Shown piece by piece: positions 50,164-60,372 of a DNA stretch of 64,000 nt. Origin of the DNA: Burkholderiaceae bacterium (GTDB lineage: Bacteria > Pseudomonadota > Gammaproteobacteria > Burkholderiales > Burkholderiaceae_E); assembly GCA_023954015.1 (NCBI GenBank), contig JAMLIS010000015.1:9726-73725 (forward strand), read 5' to 3'. Position 1 is the first letter of the stretch; each line of letters starts with the position of its first letter. A program made the translations under genes and the position numbers. The notes under the pieces are model-generated. The model made no database searches. It had not been told where the DNA came from and worked only from the letters and a program-made list of their open reading frames with translations.

Positions 50164-50266
50164 TCGAGCGCGGCTGGCGGATCGACAACCGGCCGGCCTC
50201 GATCATCCTGCCTACGACCTCGGGCTCGGCCGGAGCGTCGGCTGACGTGGGATCGCGCTAAACTTC

Positions 50267-50371
50267 TTGAAGGAGGCGCGGCGACGTCATCGGGAAGTCG
50301 TCGATGGAGAGGTCTCCGGCATACCAGGCGAAGCGGTCTTCGAGCATCTGCGTTCGCGTCTGACGCGATGA
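50267..50371 (+). pseudogene. Remnant or mini antitoxin (C-terminal half of an addiction-module-component-type antitoxin)
   Basis: The frame is open only from the stop at 50243. There is no ATG or GTG, only a possible TTG at 50267. It encodes KEARRRHREVVDGEVSGIPGEAVFEHLRSRLTR, and its TGA overlaps the toxin ATG as ATGA (50368-50371). Confidence 0.35.
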
Positions 50372-50670
50372 AGCTCGAATTCCATCCCGAAGCGGAGATG
50401 GAATTCATGGAAGCCGCAGTTCGAGACGAATCGATCGTCCCGGAATTGGGCCAGCGATTCGCACTCGAAGCTCAACGCGCCGCGGAATTGCTGCTTCAGC
50501 GTCGCCGAATCGGGGTACCTGTGCCAGATTCCGCACTCAGAAAGCTGGTGCTGCCTCGATTTCCGTTCACTCTGTACTACAGCGCCGCAACCGAGACGCT
50601 GCGACTCGAGGTCGTCGCTCATCACAGTCGGCGTTCCGGTTATTGGAAGTCTCGTTTCGAACCCGAATAA
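50368..50670 (+). CDS. Type II toxin, RelE/ParE (plasmid stabilisation) family
   Basis: 100 aa: MKLEFHPEAEMEFMEAAVRD...LRKLVLPRFPFTLYYSAATETLRLEVVAHHSRRSGYW. By eye its GC content is lower than that of its neighbours. Confidence 0.8.
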   Translation: MKLEFHPEAEMEFMEAAVRDESIVPELGQRFALEAQRAAELLLQRRRIGVPVPDSALRKLVLPRFPFTLYYSAATETLRLEVVAHHSRRSGYWKSRFEPE

Positions 50671-50680
50671 GAGGCCGCCC

Positions 50681-51775
50681 ATGACGATTCCCTTCCGTGC
50701 CGACCACGTCGGCAGCCTGCTGCGCCCCGCCTGGCTCGCGGAAGAACGCGCGCGCCGGCGGCGCGGCGAGATCGACGCCGCGACGCTGCGCGCCGCCGAA
50801 GACCGCGCGATCCGCGAAGCGGTGCAGCGACAGGAAGCGGTCGGCCTGCAGTCGATCACCGACGGCGAGTTCCGCCGCGACTGGTGGCACCTCGATTTCC
50901 TGGCGCAGCTCGACGGCGTGACGCTGAAGGACAATCCCGGGCCGAAGTTCGGCGTGGACGCTTCCTCCGAGCAGCCGCCGATCGCCACGGTCACCGGCCG
51001 CATCGGCTGCAGCCGTCCGATCATGGTCGACCACTTCGCGTTCTTGAACGAGCAGACGACGCGCACCGCGAAGATGACGATCCCGTCGCCGTCGATGCTG
51101 CATCTGCGCGGCGGACGCGCGGCGATCTCGACGGAGGCCTATCCCGACCTCGATGCGTTCTGGTCGGACGTGGCGCAGGCCTACCGCACGGCGATCCGTC
51201 ACCTGGCCGAAGCCGGCTGCCGCTACCTGCAGCTCGACGACATCACTTTCGCCTATCTGTGCGACCCGAAGATCCAGGCGACGTGCCGCGCCAACGGCGA
51301 CGATCCGGCGGCGCTGCCGCGCACCTACGCAAACGCGATCAACGCCGCGCTCGAAGGCAAGCCCGCGGGCCTGCACGTCACGATGCACACCTGCCGCGGC
51401 AACTTCCGCAGCGCGTGGGTCGCCGAGGGCGGCTACGACCCGGTCGTCGAGGCGATGTTCTCCACGAACGTCGACGGCTGGTTCATGGAATTCGACAGCG
51501 AACGCGCCGGCGGCTTCGGGCCGCTGAAGGCGCTGCCCGCAGGCAAGCGCGTCGTGCTGGGCCTGGTCACCACCAAGACGGGCGAGCTCGAATCGAAGGA
51601 CATGCTGAAGCGCCGCATCGACGAAGCCGCGCGCTACGTGCCCCTCGGGAACCTGTGCCTGTCGCCGCAATGCGGCTTCTCGAGCACGCACCACGGCAAC
51701 GCGCTGTCGCAGGAAGAGCAGTGGCGCAAGCTCGAGCGGGTGGTCGAAGTCGCCCGCGAGGTGTGGGGCGACTGA
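50681..51775 (+). CDS. Cobalamin-independent methionine synthase II family protein (MetE C-terminal-domain-like)
   Basis: 364 aa: MTIPFRADHVGSLLRP..., ITDGEFRR, LQLDD, HTCRGN and LSPQCGFSS are conserved contexts of this family. It starts 10 nt after the toxin stop. Confidence 0.85.
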   Translation: MTIPFRADHVGSLLRPAWLAEERARRRRGEIDAATLRAAEDRAIREAVQRQEAVGLQSITDGEFRRDWWHLDFLAQLDGVTLKDNPGPKFGVDASSEQPPIATVTGRIGCSRPIMVDHFAFLNEQTTRTAKMTIPSPSMLHLRGGRAAISTEAYPDLDAFWSDVAQAYRTAIRHLAEAGCRYLQLDDITFAYLCDPKIQATCRANGDDPAALPRTYANAINAALEGKPAGLHVTMHTCRGNFRSAWVAEGGYDPVVEAMFSTNVDGWFMEFDSERAGGFGPLKALPAGKRVVLGLVTTKTGELESKDMLKRRIDEAARYVPLGNLCLSPQCGFSSTHHGNALSQEEQWRKLERVVEVAREVWGD

Positions 51776-51777
51776 AG

Positions 51778-52043
51778 GGCTCGGCACCCGTCGGGCGGCC
51801 GGGCGCAGCGGCCCCGGCGGCGGCGCAGCCCCTTGCCGCGGACGTCGGCGAGCCGGCTGCTGCCGAAAGGAAATTCGCGGGCCCCGTCGCGCCGCGGCGC
51901 GAAGCGCCGCCGCGCAGCGGGTGCGAATTTCCGAGGCAGAGCCGGGAAGCCCCCGCGCAGCGGGGGCCGAAGCCGTCGGCCGCGGCAAGGGGCTGCGCCG
52001 CCGCCGGGGCCGCTGCGCCCGGCCGCCCGACGGGTGCCGAGCC
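51778..52043. repeat. Nested GC-rich palindromic element (about 266 bp) between convergent genes; same family as 42481-42874
   Basis: The 64-nt arms (51778-51841 and 51980-52043) are perfect reverse complements. The centre holds ggaaattcgc/gcgaatttcc (51869-78 with 51923-32), gcggcgc-GAA-gcgccgc (51894-51910), and gcccccgc-GCA-gcgggggc (51949-51967). Confidence 0.9.
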
Positions 52044-52090
52044 GTCGCGCTGCGCGTCGCGCCGACGAAGCCTCTGCGCGAGATTCCCCG

Positions 52091-52546
52091 CTACGCGTAC
52101 CGCCGCGCGACCGTCTCCGCGATGCACACCGGCTTGTCGCCGCCTTCGCGCTCGATCGTCGCCTCGGTGGTGATCTGCAACCCGCCGCCGCCGATGTCCT
52201 CCACCGAGACGATTCGAAAGCGAGCGCGCAACCGGCTGCCGGCCGGCACCGGCGCCGGGAAGCGCACGCGGTTCAGGCCGTAGTTCACGCTCATGCGCAC
52301 GCCTCGCAACTCGATCGCGCTGTCGGCGAACATCGGCAGCAGCGACAGCGTCAGGTAACCGTGCGCGATCGTCGTGCCGAACGGCCCCTTCGCGGCACGC
52401 TCGGGATCGACGTGGATCCATTGCCGGTCGCCGGTCGCCTGCGCAAAGGCGTCGATGCGCGCCTGCGAAACCTCGACCCAGTCGCTCACCGCGATCTCCT
52501 CGCCGACGCAGCCGGCCAGCTCGGCAAGACTCTCGAACACGCGCAT
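52091..52546 (-). CDS. MaoC-family (R)-specific enoyl-CoA hydratase/dehydratase
   Basis: 151 aa: FAQATGDRQWIHVDPERAAKGPFGTTIAHGYLTLSLLP is a hot-dog fold hydratase motif. Confidence 0.88.
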   Translation of the reverse strand: MRVFESLAELAGCVGEEIAVSDWVEVSQARIDAFAQATGDRQWIHVDPERAAKGPFGTTIAHGYLTLSLLPMFADSAIELRGVRMSVNYGLNRVRFPAPVPAGSRLRARFRIVSVEDIGGGGLQITTEATIEREGGDKPVCIAETVARRYA

Positions 52547-52575
52547 TGCGTTCGTTCCTCCGTCGTGCACGCCGA

Positions 52576-54225
<1,650 letters not shown>

Positions 54226-54301
54226 GGCGGCTTTCCTCCAGCTTCGTCGGTGAATTATCGCGCCGGACAACCGCATCCGGACGCGACGTTCTTCGGCGCG
54301 G

Positions 54302-55198
54302 TCATCCCGCGCGCTCCTGGTGCGACGGGGTCGCCTCGATCAGCTCGAGCAGCCGCTCGAGGCTTTGCTCTTCGTCGGCGCCGCTGGTGTCGATCACGGC
54401 ATCGGCGAGCGCATACAACCGCTCGCGCTGCTTCAGTATGGTGCGCAACTCGGCCATCGCGTGTTCGCGCCCGCGGATCGGCCGCAGGTCGCCCTGCGCC
54501 GCGACGCGATCCATGTGATCCTCGGGCGTGGCGCGCAGCCACACCGTGAAGCAGCGATCGCGCAGCAACTCGTAGGTCCGCGGCTCGAGCACGAGCGAGC
54601 CGCCGGTGGCGATCACGCAGCGTCGGTGGGCACGCGTGAGCCGATCGAGCACGCGCGCCTCCGCCTCGCGGTACGTATCCTGTCCGTACATCGAGAAGAT
54701 GCTGCCGAGCGAGGCTCCGAGTTCGCGCTCGATCTGCTGGTCCAGTTCATGGAACGGAACGCGCAGGCGCGCCGCCAGCTTCGCCCCCAGCGTCGACTTG
54801 CCGGCGCCGCGCAGGCCCACCAGCGCGATGCGCCGCGAGCGCTCGCGACTCGATTCCCCGAAGCGCTGCCGCAACTGCAGGATGGCCTCGTGGCGCTGCT
54901 CGGGCCGCAGCCCGTGCAGCAGTTCGAGCGCGGCGACGATCTCCGGATCGAAGGACCGGTCGCCGACCAGTTGCCCGAGCGGACAGGCGAGCGCATCGGC
55001 AACGCGCCGGATCAGCAGGATGGATATGTTGCCGTCACCGGATTCGAGTTGCGCAAGATAGCGCTCCGAAAGCCCCGACAGCTCGGCCAGCCGCTTTCGC
55101 GTCAGGTGCGCTTCTTCGCGGCGCTCGCGCACGCGGCGACCGAGCGCCTCGAGGAACGCGTTGTCGTCTTCCGGCTTGCCGGCTGCCACGGAGACCAT
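54302..55198 (-). CDS. BzdR/BoxR-like transcriptional regulator (XRE HTH fused to a shikimate-kinase-like domain)
   Basis: FLEALGRRVRERREEAHLTRKRLAELSGLSERYLAQLESGDGNISILLIRRVADAL is followed by the P-loop LVGLRGAGKSTLG. The start is set at MVSVAAG (55198). Confidence 0.8.
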   Translation of the reverse strand: MVSVAAGKPEDDNAFLEALGRRVRERREEAHLTRKRLAELSGLSERYLAQLESGDGNISILLIRRVADALACPLGQLVGDRSFDPEIVAALELLHGLRPEQRHEAILQLRQRFGESSRERSRRIALVGLRGAGKSTLGAKLAARLRVPFHELDQQIERELGASLGSIFSMYGQDTYREAEARVLDRLTRAHRRCVIATGGSLVLEPRTYELLRDRCFTVWLRATPEDHMDRVAAQGDLRPIRGREHAMAELRTILKQRERLYALADAVIDTSGADEEQSLERLLELIEATPSHQERAG

Positions 55199-55241
55199 GC
55201 AACATCGAGCACTGGACAATGATCGACCTGCAATATAACTC

Positions 55242-56066
55242 ATGGTACTGAAGTCCAACGAGCCCTACCTTCACATCGTCGCCGGCGGCCGGCGGCTCGA
55301 ATGCCGCACGATCGGCGAACCCGGCTCGCGCGCGCCGACCCTCGTCTTCCTGCACGAAGGCCTGGGCAGCATCGCCCAGTGGCGCGATTTCCCCGACCGC
55401 GTCTGCCGTGCCGCCGGGCTGCCCGGGCTCGTCTATTCCCGCCTCGGCTACGGCGGATCCGACCCGATCGGCGAGCCGCGAACAGTGCGCTTCATGCACG
55501 ACGAGGCGATCCGGGTGCTGCCCGAGGTGTTGCGCGCCTTCGGCCTCGAGCGGCCGATCCTGGTCGGCCACAGCGACGGCGCGTCGATCGCGCTGATCCA
55601 CGCCGGCACCTTCGTCGACGTCGACGCGGCCGTCGCCGTGCTCGCGCCGCACCTGTTCGTCGAGCCGGTGTGCACCGATGCGATCGCCGAGATCGCGCGC
55701 CGCTACGAAGCGCCCGGACTGCGCGAGCAGCTGGCCCGCTATCACGAGGACGTCGACGGCGCCTTCCGCCACTGGACCGCGATCTGGCTGTCCGACGCCT
55801 TCGCCGCGTGGACCATCGAGAAGGAGGTCGCGGCGATCCGCTGCCCGATACTGGCCATCCAGGGCGAGGACGACCAGTACGGAACCATGCGCCAGCTCGC
55901 GCGGATCTCCGAACTGCAACCGCGCGCGCAACTGTTGAAGCTGCCCGACTGCCGGCACAGCCCGCATCTCGACAGGCCCGACGAGACGGTCCAGGCGGTC
56001 GCCTCGTTCTGTCGCGCGATCGCGGCAAAGCAGGCGCGCGACGGCGACGCAGCGGCGCCCGGCTGA
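55242..56066 (+). CDS. Alpha/beta-fold hydrolase
   Basis: 274 aa, with HEGLGS, the nucleophile elbow GHSDG, and a C-terminal H (CRHSPHLD). Confidence 0.85.
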   Translation: MVLKSNEPYLHIVAGGRRLECRTIGEPGSRAPTLVFLHEGLGSIAQWRDFPDRVCRAAGLPGLVYSRLGYGGSDPIGEPRTVRFMHDEAIRVLPEVLRAFGLERPILVGHSDGASIALIHAGTFVDVDAAVAVLAPHLFVEPVCTDAIAEIARRYEAPGLREQLARYHEDVDGAFRHWTAIWLSDAFAAWTIEKEVAAIRCPILAIQGEDDQYGTMRQLARISELQPRAQLLKLPDCRHSPHLDRPDETVQAVASFCRAIAAKQARDGDAAAPG

Positions 56067-56124
56067 TCGCGACGGCGCCCGGCTGATCGCAGCGGCGCCC
56101 GGCTGATCCCGACGGCGCCCGGCC
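56051..56124. repeat. 20-nt tandem repeat (3.7 units) straddling the hydrolase stop codon
   Basis: Units are agcggcgcccggctgatcgc (56051), gacggcgcccggctgatcgc (56071), agcggcgcccggctgatccc (56091), and the partial gacggcgcccggcc (56111). The hydrolase TGA (56064-56066) lies in unit 1. Confidence 0.9.
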
Positions 56125-56198
56125 GCACGAGTGCGGCGCGGCCCGGAAACGAGCACGGGCAGCCTACAATCGCAGGCTGCTCGCAGACGGAGGATGTC

Positions 56199-57533
56199 AT
56201 GAAGGTCCTGTGCGGAACCGACTTCAGCGACCGTGCCGAAGAGGCCGCCGAATTCGGCGCGCTGCTCGCGCAACGTACCGGCGGCGAGCTGACGCTGGTG
56301 CACGTACTGGACACGCGAAGCGTGCTGCTCGGCCCGGCGCCGGCGCTCGATGCGATCGAGGAGAACGCGCAGCAGCGCCTGCAGGCGACCGCCGACCGGC
56401 TGCGTGCGGGCGGCGCGAAAGTGAGCACCGAATTGCCCGCAGGATGGCCCGACGAGGCGCTCGTCGCCGAGTCGAAGAGACACGGTGCGGACCTGCTGGT
56501 ACTGCCCGCGCTCGGGCGGCGCGACGGAGCAGGGCTTCGCCTGGGCAAGACCTGCGAGCGCGTGCTGCGCACCACCGAGACGCCGATGCTGGTGCTGCGC
56601 GACACGACGCCGCTGCTGGGCTGGCTGCGCGGCGAACGCACGCTGCGCGTGCTCCTCGCCTACGACTTCACGCCGCAGGCGGACGCAGCCGTCCTGTTCG
56701 CCGGCAGGCTCGCCGAGCTGGGCCCCTGCCACCTGATCGCGTCCTACGCCGAAGACTCCCGGCGCGAGGCAACGCGCCTCGGGTTGCTCGACGAGCCCGT
56801 GCGCGCGCTGCACCACCTGCGCGAGGAGATCGGCCAGCGCATCGCGCGCGCGCTGCCGGCGCTGCCCGTGGAGGTCGCCGTGACGGCGCACGACGGCGAA
56901 CCGGGCGCGCAACTCGCGCATCTGGCCGAGCGCGAGCAGGCCGACCTGCTGCTCGTCGGCTCCCACCAGCGCGGCGCCGTGGAGCGCCTGTTCAGCGGTT
57001 CGGTTGCGCTGGACCTGCTGCGCGATTCACAGGCCAACGTGCTCGTGGTTCCCGGCGCCGCCGTCGCGTCGGCTTCGCTGCTGCCACCGGTCATCCGGTG
57101 CATCGTCGCAGCCACCGACCTGTCGCCGATCGGCAACCGGGCGGTGGCGCACGCACTCGCCCTTGCGCCGGCCGGCGCCGAGGTCGTCGTCGTTCACGTG
57201 GTCAGTCCGAACCTGATGCGAAACGGGCGCTACGGCCGGCCGGTGCACCCGGAGTTCGCGCGCGAGCACGCAGCGGTCGTCGCCGAGCGCCGCCAGGCGC
57301 TCGAAGCACTGGTCGCGCAGCCCGCAGCCGCGAAGGTACGCATCGACCTGATCGAAAGCGACCGTCCCGAACGTGCGCTGCTCGAAGCGATCGAACGCGA
57401 AGCCGCCGACCTCGTATGCGCGGGAACGATCGGCCGCACCGGACTGGGCGCAATGCTGCTCGGCTCGACCGCGCAGACCCTGCTGCGCGGCACGCGGCGG
57501 CCATTGCTGCTGGTGCAGCCGCAGGACAGATGA
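56199..57533 (+). CDS. Universal stress protein with three tandem Usp domains
   Basis: 444 aa. Three blocks each begin like KVLCGTDFS / LRVLLAYDF / IRCIVAATDLS. They end like LLVLPALGR...VLRTTETPMLVL / LLLVGSHQRGAVERLFSGSVALDLL / LVCAGTIGRTGLGAMLLGSTAQTLL. Confidence 0.85.
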   Translation: MKVLCGTDFSDRAEEAAEFGALLAQRTGGELTLVHVLDTRSVLLGPAPALDAIEENAQQRLQATADRLRAGGAKVSTELPAGWPDEALVAESKRHGADLLVLPALGRRDGAGLRLGKTCERVLRTTETPMLVLRDTTPLLGWLRGERTLRVLLAYDFTPQADAAVLFAGRLAELGPCHLIASYAEDSRREATRLGLLDEPVRALHHLREEIGQRIARALPALPVEVAVTAHDGEPGAQLAHLAEREQADLLLVGSHQRGAVERLFSGSVALDLLRDSQANVLVVPGAAVASASLLPPVIRCIVAATDLSPIGNRAVAHALALAPAGAEVVVVHVVSPNLMRNGRYGRPVHPEFAREHAAVVAERRQALEALVAQPAAAKVRIDLIESDRPERALLEAIEREAADLVCAGTIGRTGLGAMLLGSTAQTLLRGTRRPLLLVQPQDR

Positions 57534-57548
57534 GGGGAAGGAGTCCCT

Positions 57549-58532
57549 TCACCTCCCGGCAGCCGCAGCACGGCGCAGCCGATCGCCTACCGCGCGCCAC
57601 TCCGGCGTTCGCGGGACGCGTTCGATGACGATGCGGTCGCAACCCGATCGATCGAGGCGACGCAGCGTGTCGTAGAGCTCGTGCGCGGTCGTGCGCGCAT
57701 CGCGCGCCATCGCGAAGCCGACGTCGGCGATCGACGTCGGCACCGAGCGCGCCCACAGGGCGACGCGCCGGCCTTCGGCGCGCAACTGCGCCACGCGCCC
57801 GGGCACCTCGTCGGCATCGACCATCTCCACCGGCGTGAGCGGCGCGTAATGCGAATCGAGCGTCCCCGAGACGCGCGGCGCGTGCGCATCGCGTTCGAGC
57901 ACCTGCTCGCCGAGCACGGCGGCCAGTTGCGACACGGGGATTCCGCCGGGACGCAGCAGCACCGGACGACCCCGACTGAGATCGACGATCGTCGATTCGA
58001 CGCCGACCTCGCACGGACCGCCGTCGAGGATCAGCGGCGCGTCCTCGCCGAGGTCCTCGACGACGTGTTCGGCGCGCGTCGGGCTGATCCGGCCGAAGCG
58101 ATTCGCCGACGGCGCGGCTATACCCGCCCCGCCGTGCCGCGCGAACGCATGCAGCAGCGCACGTGCGACGGGGTGCGCGGGCGCGCGCAGCCCGATCGTC
58201 GACTCCTGGCCGCAGGCCCACGCGGGCGCGTCGGGCGCACGCTTCAGGATCAGCGTGAGCGGGCCCGGCCAGAACGCCTCGGTCAAACGCTGCGCGCGCC
58301 GCGACCACTCGGCCCAGCGCTGCGCCGAAGCGCCGTCGAGAACGTGCACGATCAACGGATGTCCGGACGGACGCTGCTTGATTCGATACACCGCCGCCAC
58401 CGCGTCGCGATTCGCGGCATCGGCGCCGATCCCGTAGACGGTCTCCGTGGGAAAGACGACGGGCTCGCCGCGCGCGAGGCGCGCGGCGGCATCCTCGATC
58501 GCTGCGGCGTCGGCCGCACGCACGAGCGTCAT
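57549..58532 (-). CDS. tsaC: L-threonylcarbamoyladenylate synthase (Sua5/YrdC type, with a Sua5 C-terminal domain)
   Basis: 327 aa: VVFPTETVYGIGADA, SANRFGRISPT, VESTIVDL. The start overlaps the purK stop as ATGA. Confidence 0.9.
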   Translation of the reverse strand: MTLVRAADAAAIEDAAARLARGEPVVFPTETVYGIGADAANRDAVAAVYRIKQRPSGHPLIVHVLDGASAQRWAEWSRRAQRLTEAFWPGPLTLILKRAPDAPAWACGQESTIGLRAPAHPVARALLHAFARHGGAGIAAPSANRFGRISPTRAEHVVEDLGEDAPLILDGGPCEVGVESTIVDLSRGRPVLLRPGGIPVSQLAAVLGEQVLERDAHAPRVSGTLDSHYAPLTPVEMVDADEVPGRVAQLRAEGRRVALWARSVPTSIADVGFAMARDARTTAHELYDTLRRLDRSGCDRIVIERVPRTPEWRAVGDRLRRAAAAGR

Positions 58533-59752
58533 CGGCCGCGCGCTCCGATGCCCAGCGAGCGCTCGATCGCGTCGGCGACCGAGTCGGCTTCGCCGGCCGA
58601 TGCCCCGAGCACCGTCACGTGTCCCATCTTGCGCGCACGACGCGCCTCGCGCTTGCCGTACAGGTGCAGTTTCGCGCCGGGATGCCGCAGCACCGCGCTC
58701 CAGTCGGGTTCGCGCATCGCGTTCGTGTCGTCGTCGAACCAGGCGTCGCCCAGCAGGTTGAGCATCACGGCCGGCGCGAGCAGGCGCGTATCGCCGAACG
58801 GCAAGCCGGCGAGTGCGCGCGCCTGCTGCTCGAACTGGCTCGTCATGCAGGCATCGATCGTCGCATGGCCGGAGTTGTGCGGGCGCGGCGCGATCTCGTT
58901 GACGAGCAGCGTCGCGTCGGCGAGCACGAAGAACTCGACGCACAGCACGCCCACGTAATCGAGCGCATCGGCGATGCGCCGCGTCGCGTCGACGGCGCGC
59001 CGCGCGAGCGACGCGTCGACGCGTGCGGGAAACGTCGTTCGCGCGAGGATGCCTTCGCGGTGCACGTTGCCCGCGACGTCCCAGGCACGGCTCGTCCCGT
59101 CGAATCCGCGCGCGAGCAGCACCGACAGTTCGCTGTCGAGCGCGAGCCGCCGCTCGAGCACGCACGGCACCGAACCGAGGTCGACGAAAGCGCAGCAGGC
59201 TTCTTCCGCGTTCGCCACGCCGACCTGTCCCTTGCCGTCGTAACCCAGGCGCGCCACCTTGACGATGCCGGGAAAGAGCGACTCCGGCGCGTCGCGCGCC
59301 TCGTCGAAGGTGCGCAGCGGCCGATACGGCACGGTCGGCAGGCCTGCGGCGCGAACGAAGTCCTTCTCGGCGATGCGATCCTGTGCGATCGCGACGCTGC
59401 CGGCCGACGGCGCGACGATCGTCCGCTCGGACAGCCGTTGCAGGGCGCGCGCGGGAACGTTCTCGAACTCGGTCGTCACCGCCGCGCAGCTTTCGGCAAG
59501 TTCGGCCAGCGCCGCTTCGTCGAGATAGTCGGCGCGCAGATGTCGCTCGGCAATCGAGCCGGCGGGACTGTCGGCGCCCGGATCGAGGACGCAGACGCGA
59601 TAGCCGAGGCTTTGGGCCGCCATGCAGAACATCCGTCCGAGCTGGCCGCCGCCGAGCATGCCGAGCCAGTTGCCGGGAACCAGCGGTGCGGCAGGCCGAC
59701 GCCGCGACGCGACGGCGTCGTTCGCGTTTCCGGCGGCGGAAGCTGCGCTCAT
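58529..59752 (-). CDS. purK: 5-(carboxyamino)imidazole ribonucleotide synthase
   Basis: 407 aa: LGMLGGGQLGRMF, EFENV, LVNEIAPRPHNSGH, KLHLYGKREARRARKMGHV. Confidence 0.95.
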   Translation of the reverse strand: MSAASAAGNANDAVASRRRPAAPLVPGNWLGMLGGGQLGRMFCMAAQSLGYRVCVLDPGADSPAGSIAERHLRADYLDEAALAELAESCAAVTTEFENVPARALQRLSERTIVAPSAGSVAIAQDRIAEKDFVRAAGLPTVPYRPLRTFDEARDAPESLFPGIVKVARLGYDGKGQVGVANAEEACCAFVDLGSVPCVLERRLALDSELSVLLARGFDGTSRAWDVAGNVHREGILARTTFPARVDASLARRAVDATRRIADALDYVGVLCVEFFVLADATLLVNEIAPRPHNSGHATIDACMTSQFEQQARALAGLPFGDTRLLAPAVMLNLLGDAWFDDDTNAMREPDWSAVLRHPGAKLHLYGKREARRARKMGHVTVLGASAGEADSVADAIERSLGIGARGR

Positions 59753-59765
59753 CGTCGACCGGCCG

Positions 59766-60299
59766 TCAGACCGGCGGCAGCGTCGTGGCGCGCGCCGATT
59801 CGGTCTGCGCGCGGCGAAACGCGACGAGCCGATCGGCCAGCGCTGCATCGCCCACCGCGAGCATCGCCACCGCGTGCAGCGCCGCGTTCGCAGCGCCCGC
59901 TTCGCCGATCGCAAAGGCGGCCACCGGAACGCCGCGCGGCATCTGCACGATCGACAACAGCGAGTCTTCGCCGCGCAGGTACTTCGACGGACAGGGAACG
60001 CCCAGCACCGGAACGATCGTCTTGGCGGCGAGCATTCCGGGCAGGTGCGCCGCGCCGCCCGCTCCGGCGATGATCGCGCGCAGCCCGCGCTCGCGTGCAC
60101 CCGCGGCGTACTGGAACATCTCGTCGGGCATCCGATGCGCCGAGACGACCCGCGCTTCGAAGGGCACGCCGAACTCGCGCAGCACCGAAGCGGCGTGCTG
60201 CATCACGTTCCAGTCGCTGCCCGACCCCATGACGATGCCGACGAGCGCACCAGGCGCGGCCGCTGGCCCGGGTTCGTTGCCCACGGAGATCTCGCTCAT
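59766..60299 (-). CDS. purE: 5-(carboxyamino)imidazole ribonucleotide mutase
   Basis: 177 aa: [51 protein letters not shown]. Confidence 0.95.
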   Translation of the reverse strand: MSEISVGNEPGPAAAPGALVGIVMGSGSDWNVMQHAASVLREFGVPFEARVVSAHRMPDEMFQYAAGARERGLRAIIAGAGGAAHLPGMLAAKTIVPVLGVPCPSKYLRGEDSLLSIVQMPRGVPVAAFAIGEAGAANAALHAVAMLAVGDAALADRLVAFRRAQTESARATTLPPV

Positions 60300-60372
60300 C
60301 GCTTGCCGCCTGTCGATCGGTCGTTGCCGGTGGGCCCGCGCATGCTCTTCAGGGTGCCCGCGCGCGCGCGCT

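Noticed and set aside
50164-50266. Full-length antitoxin hidden in another frame upstream of the ParE-like toxin
   Set aside because: I translated all three forward frames between the gcdH stop and 50266. None resembles an antitoxin N-terminus, and each is interrupted or lacks a start.
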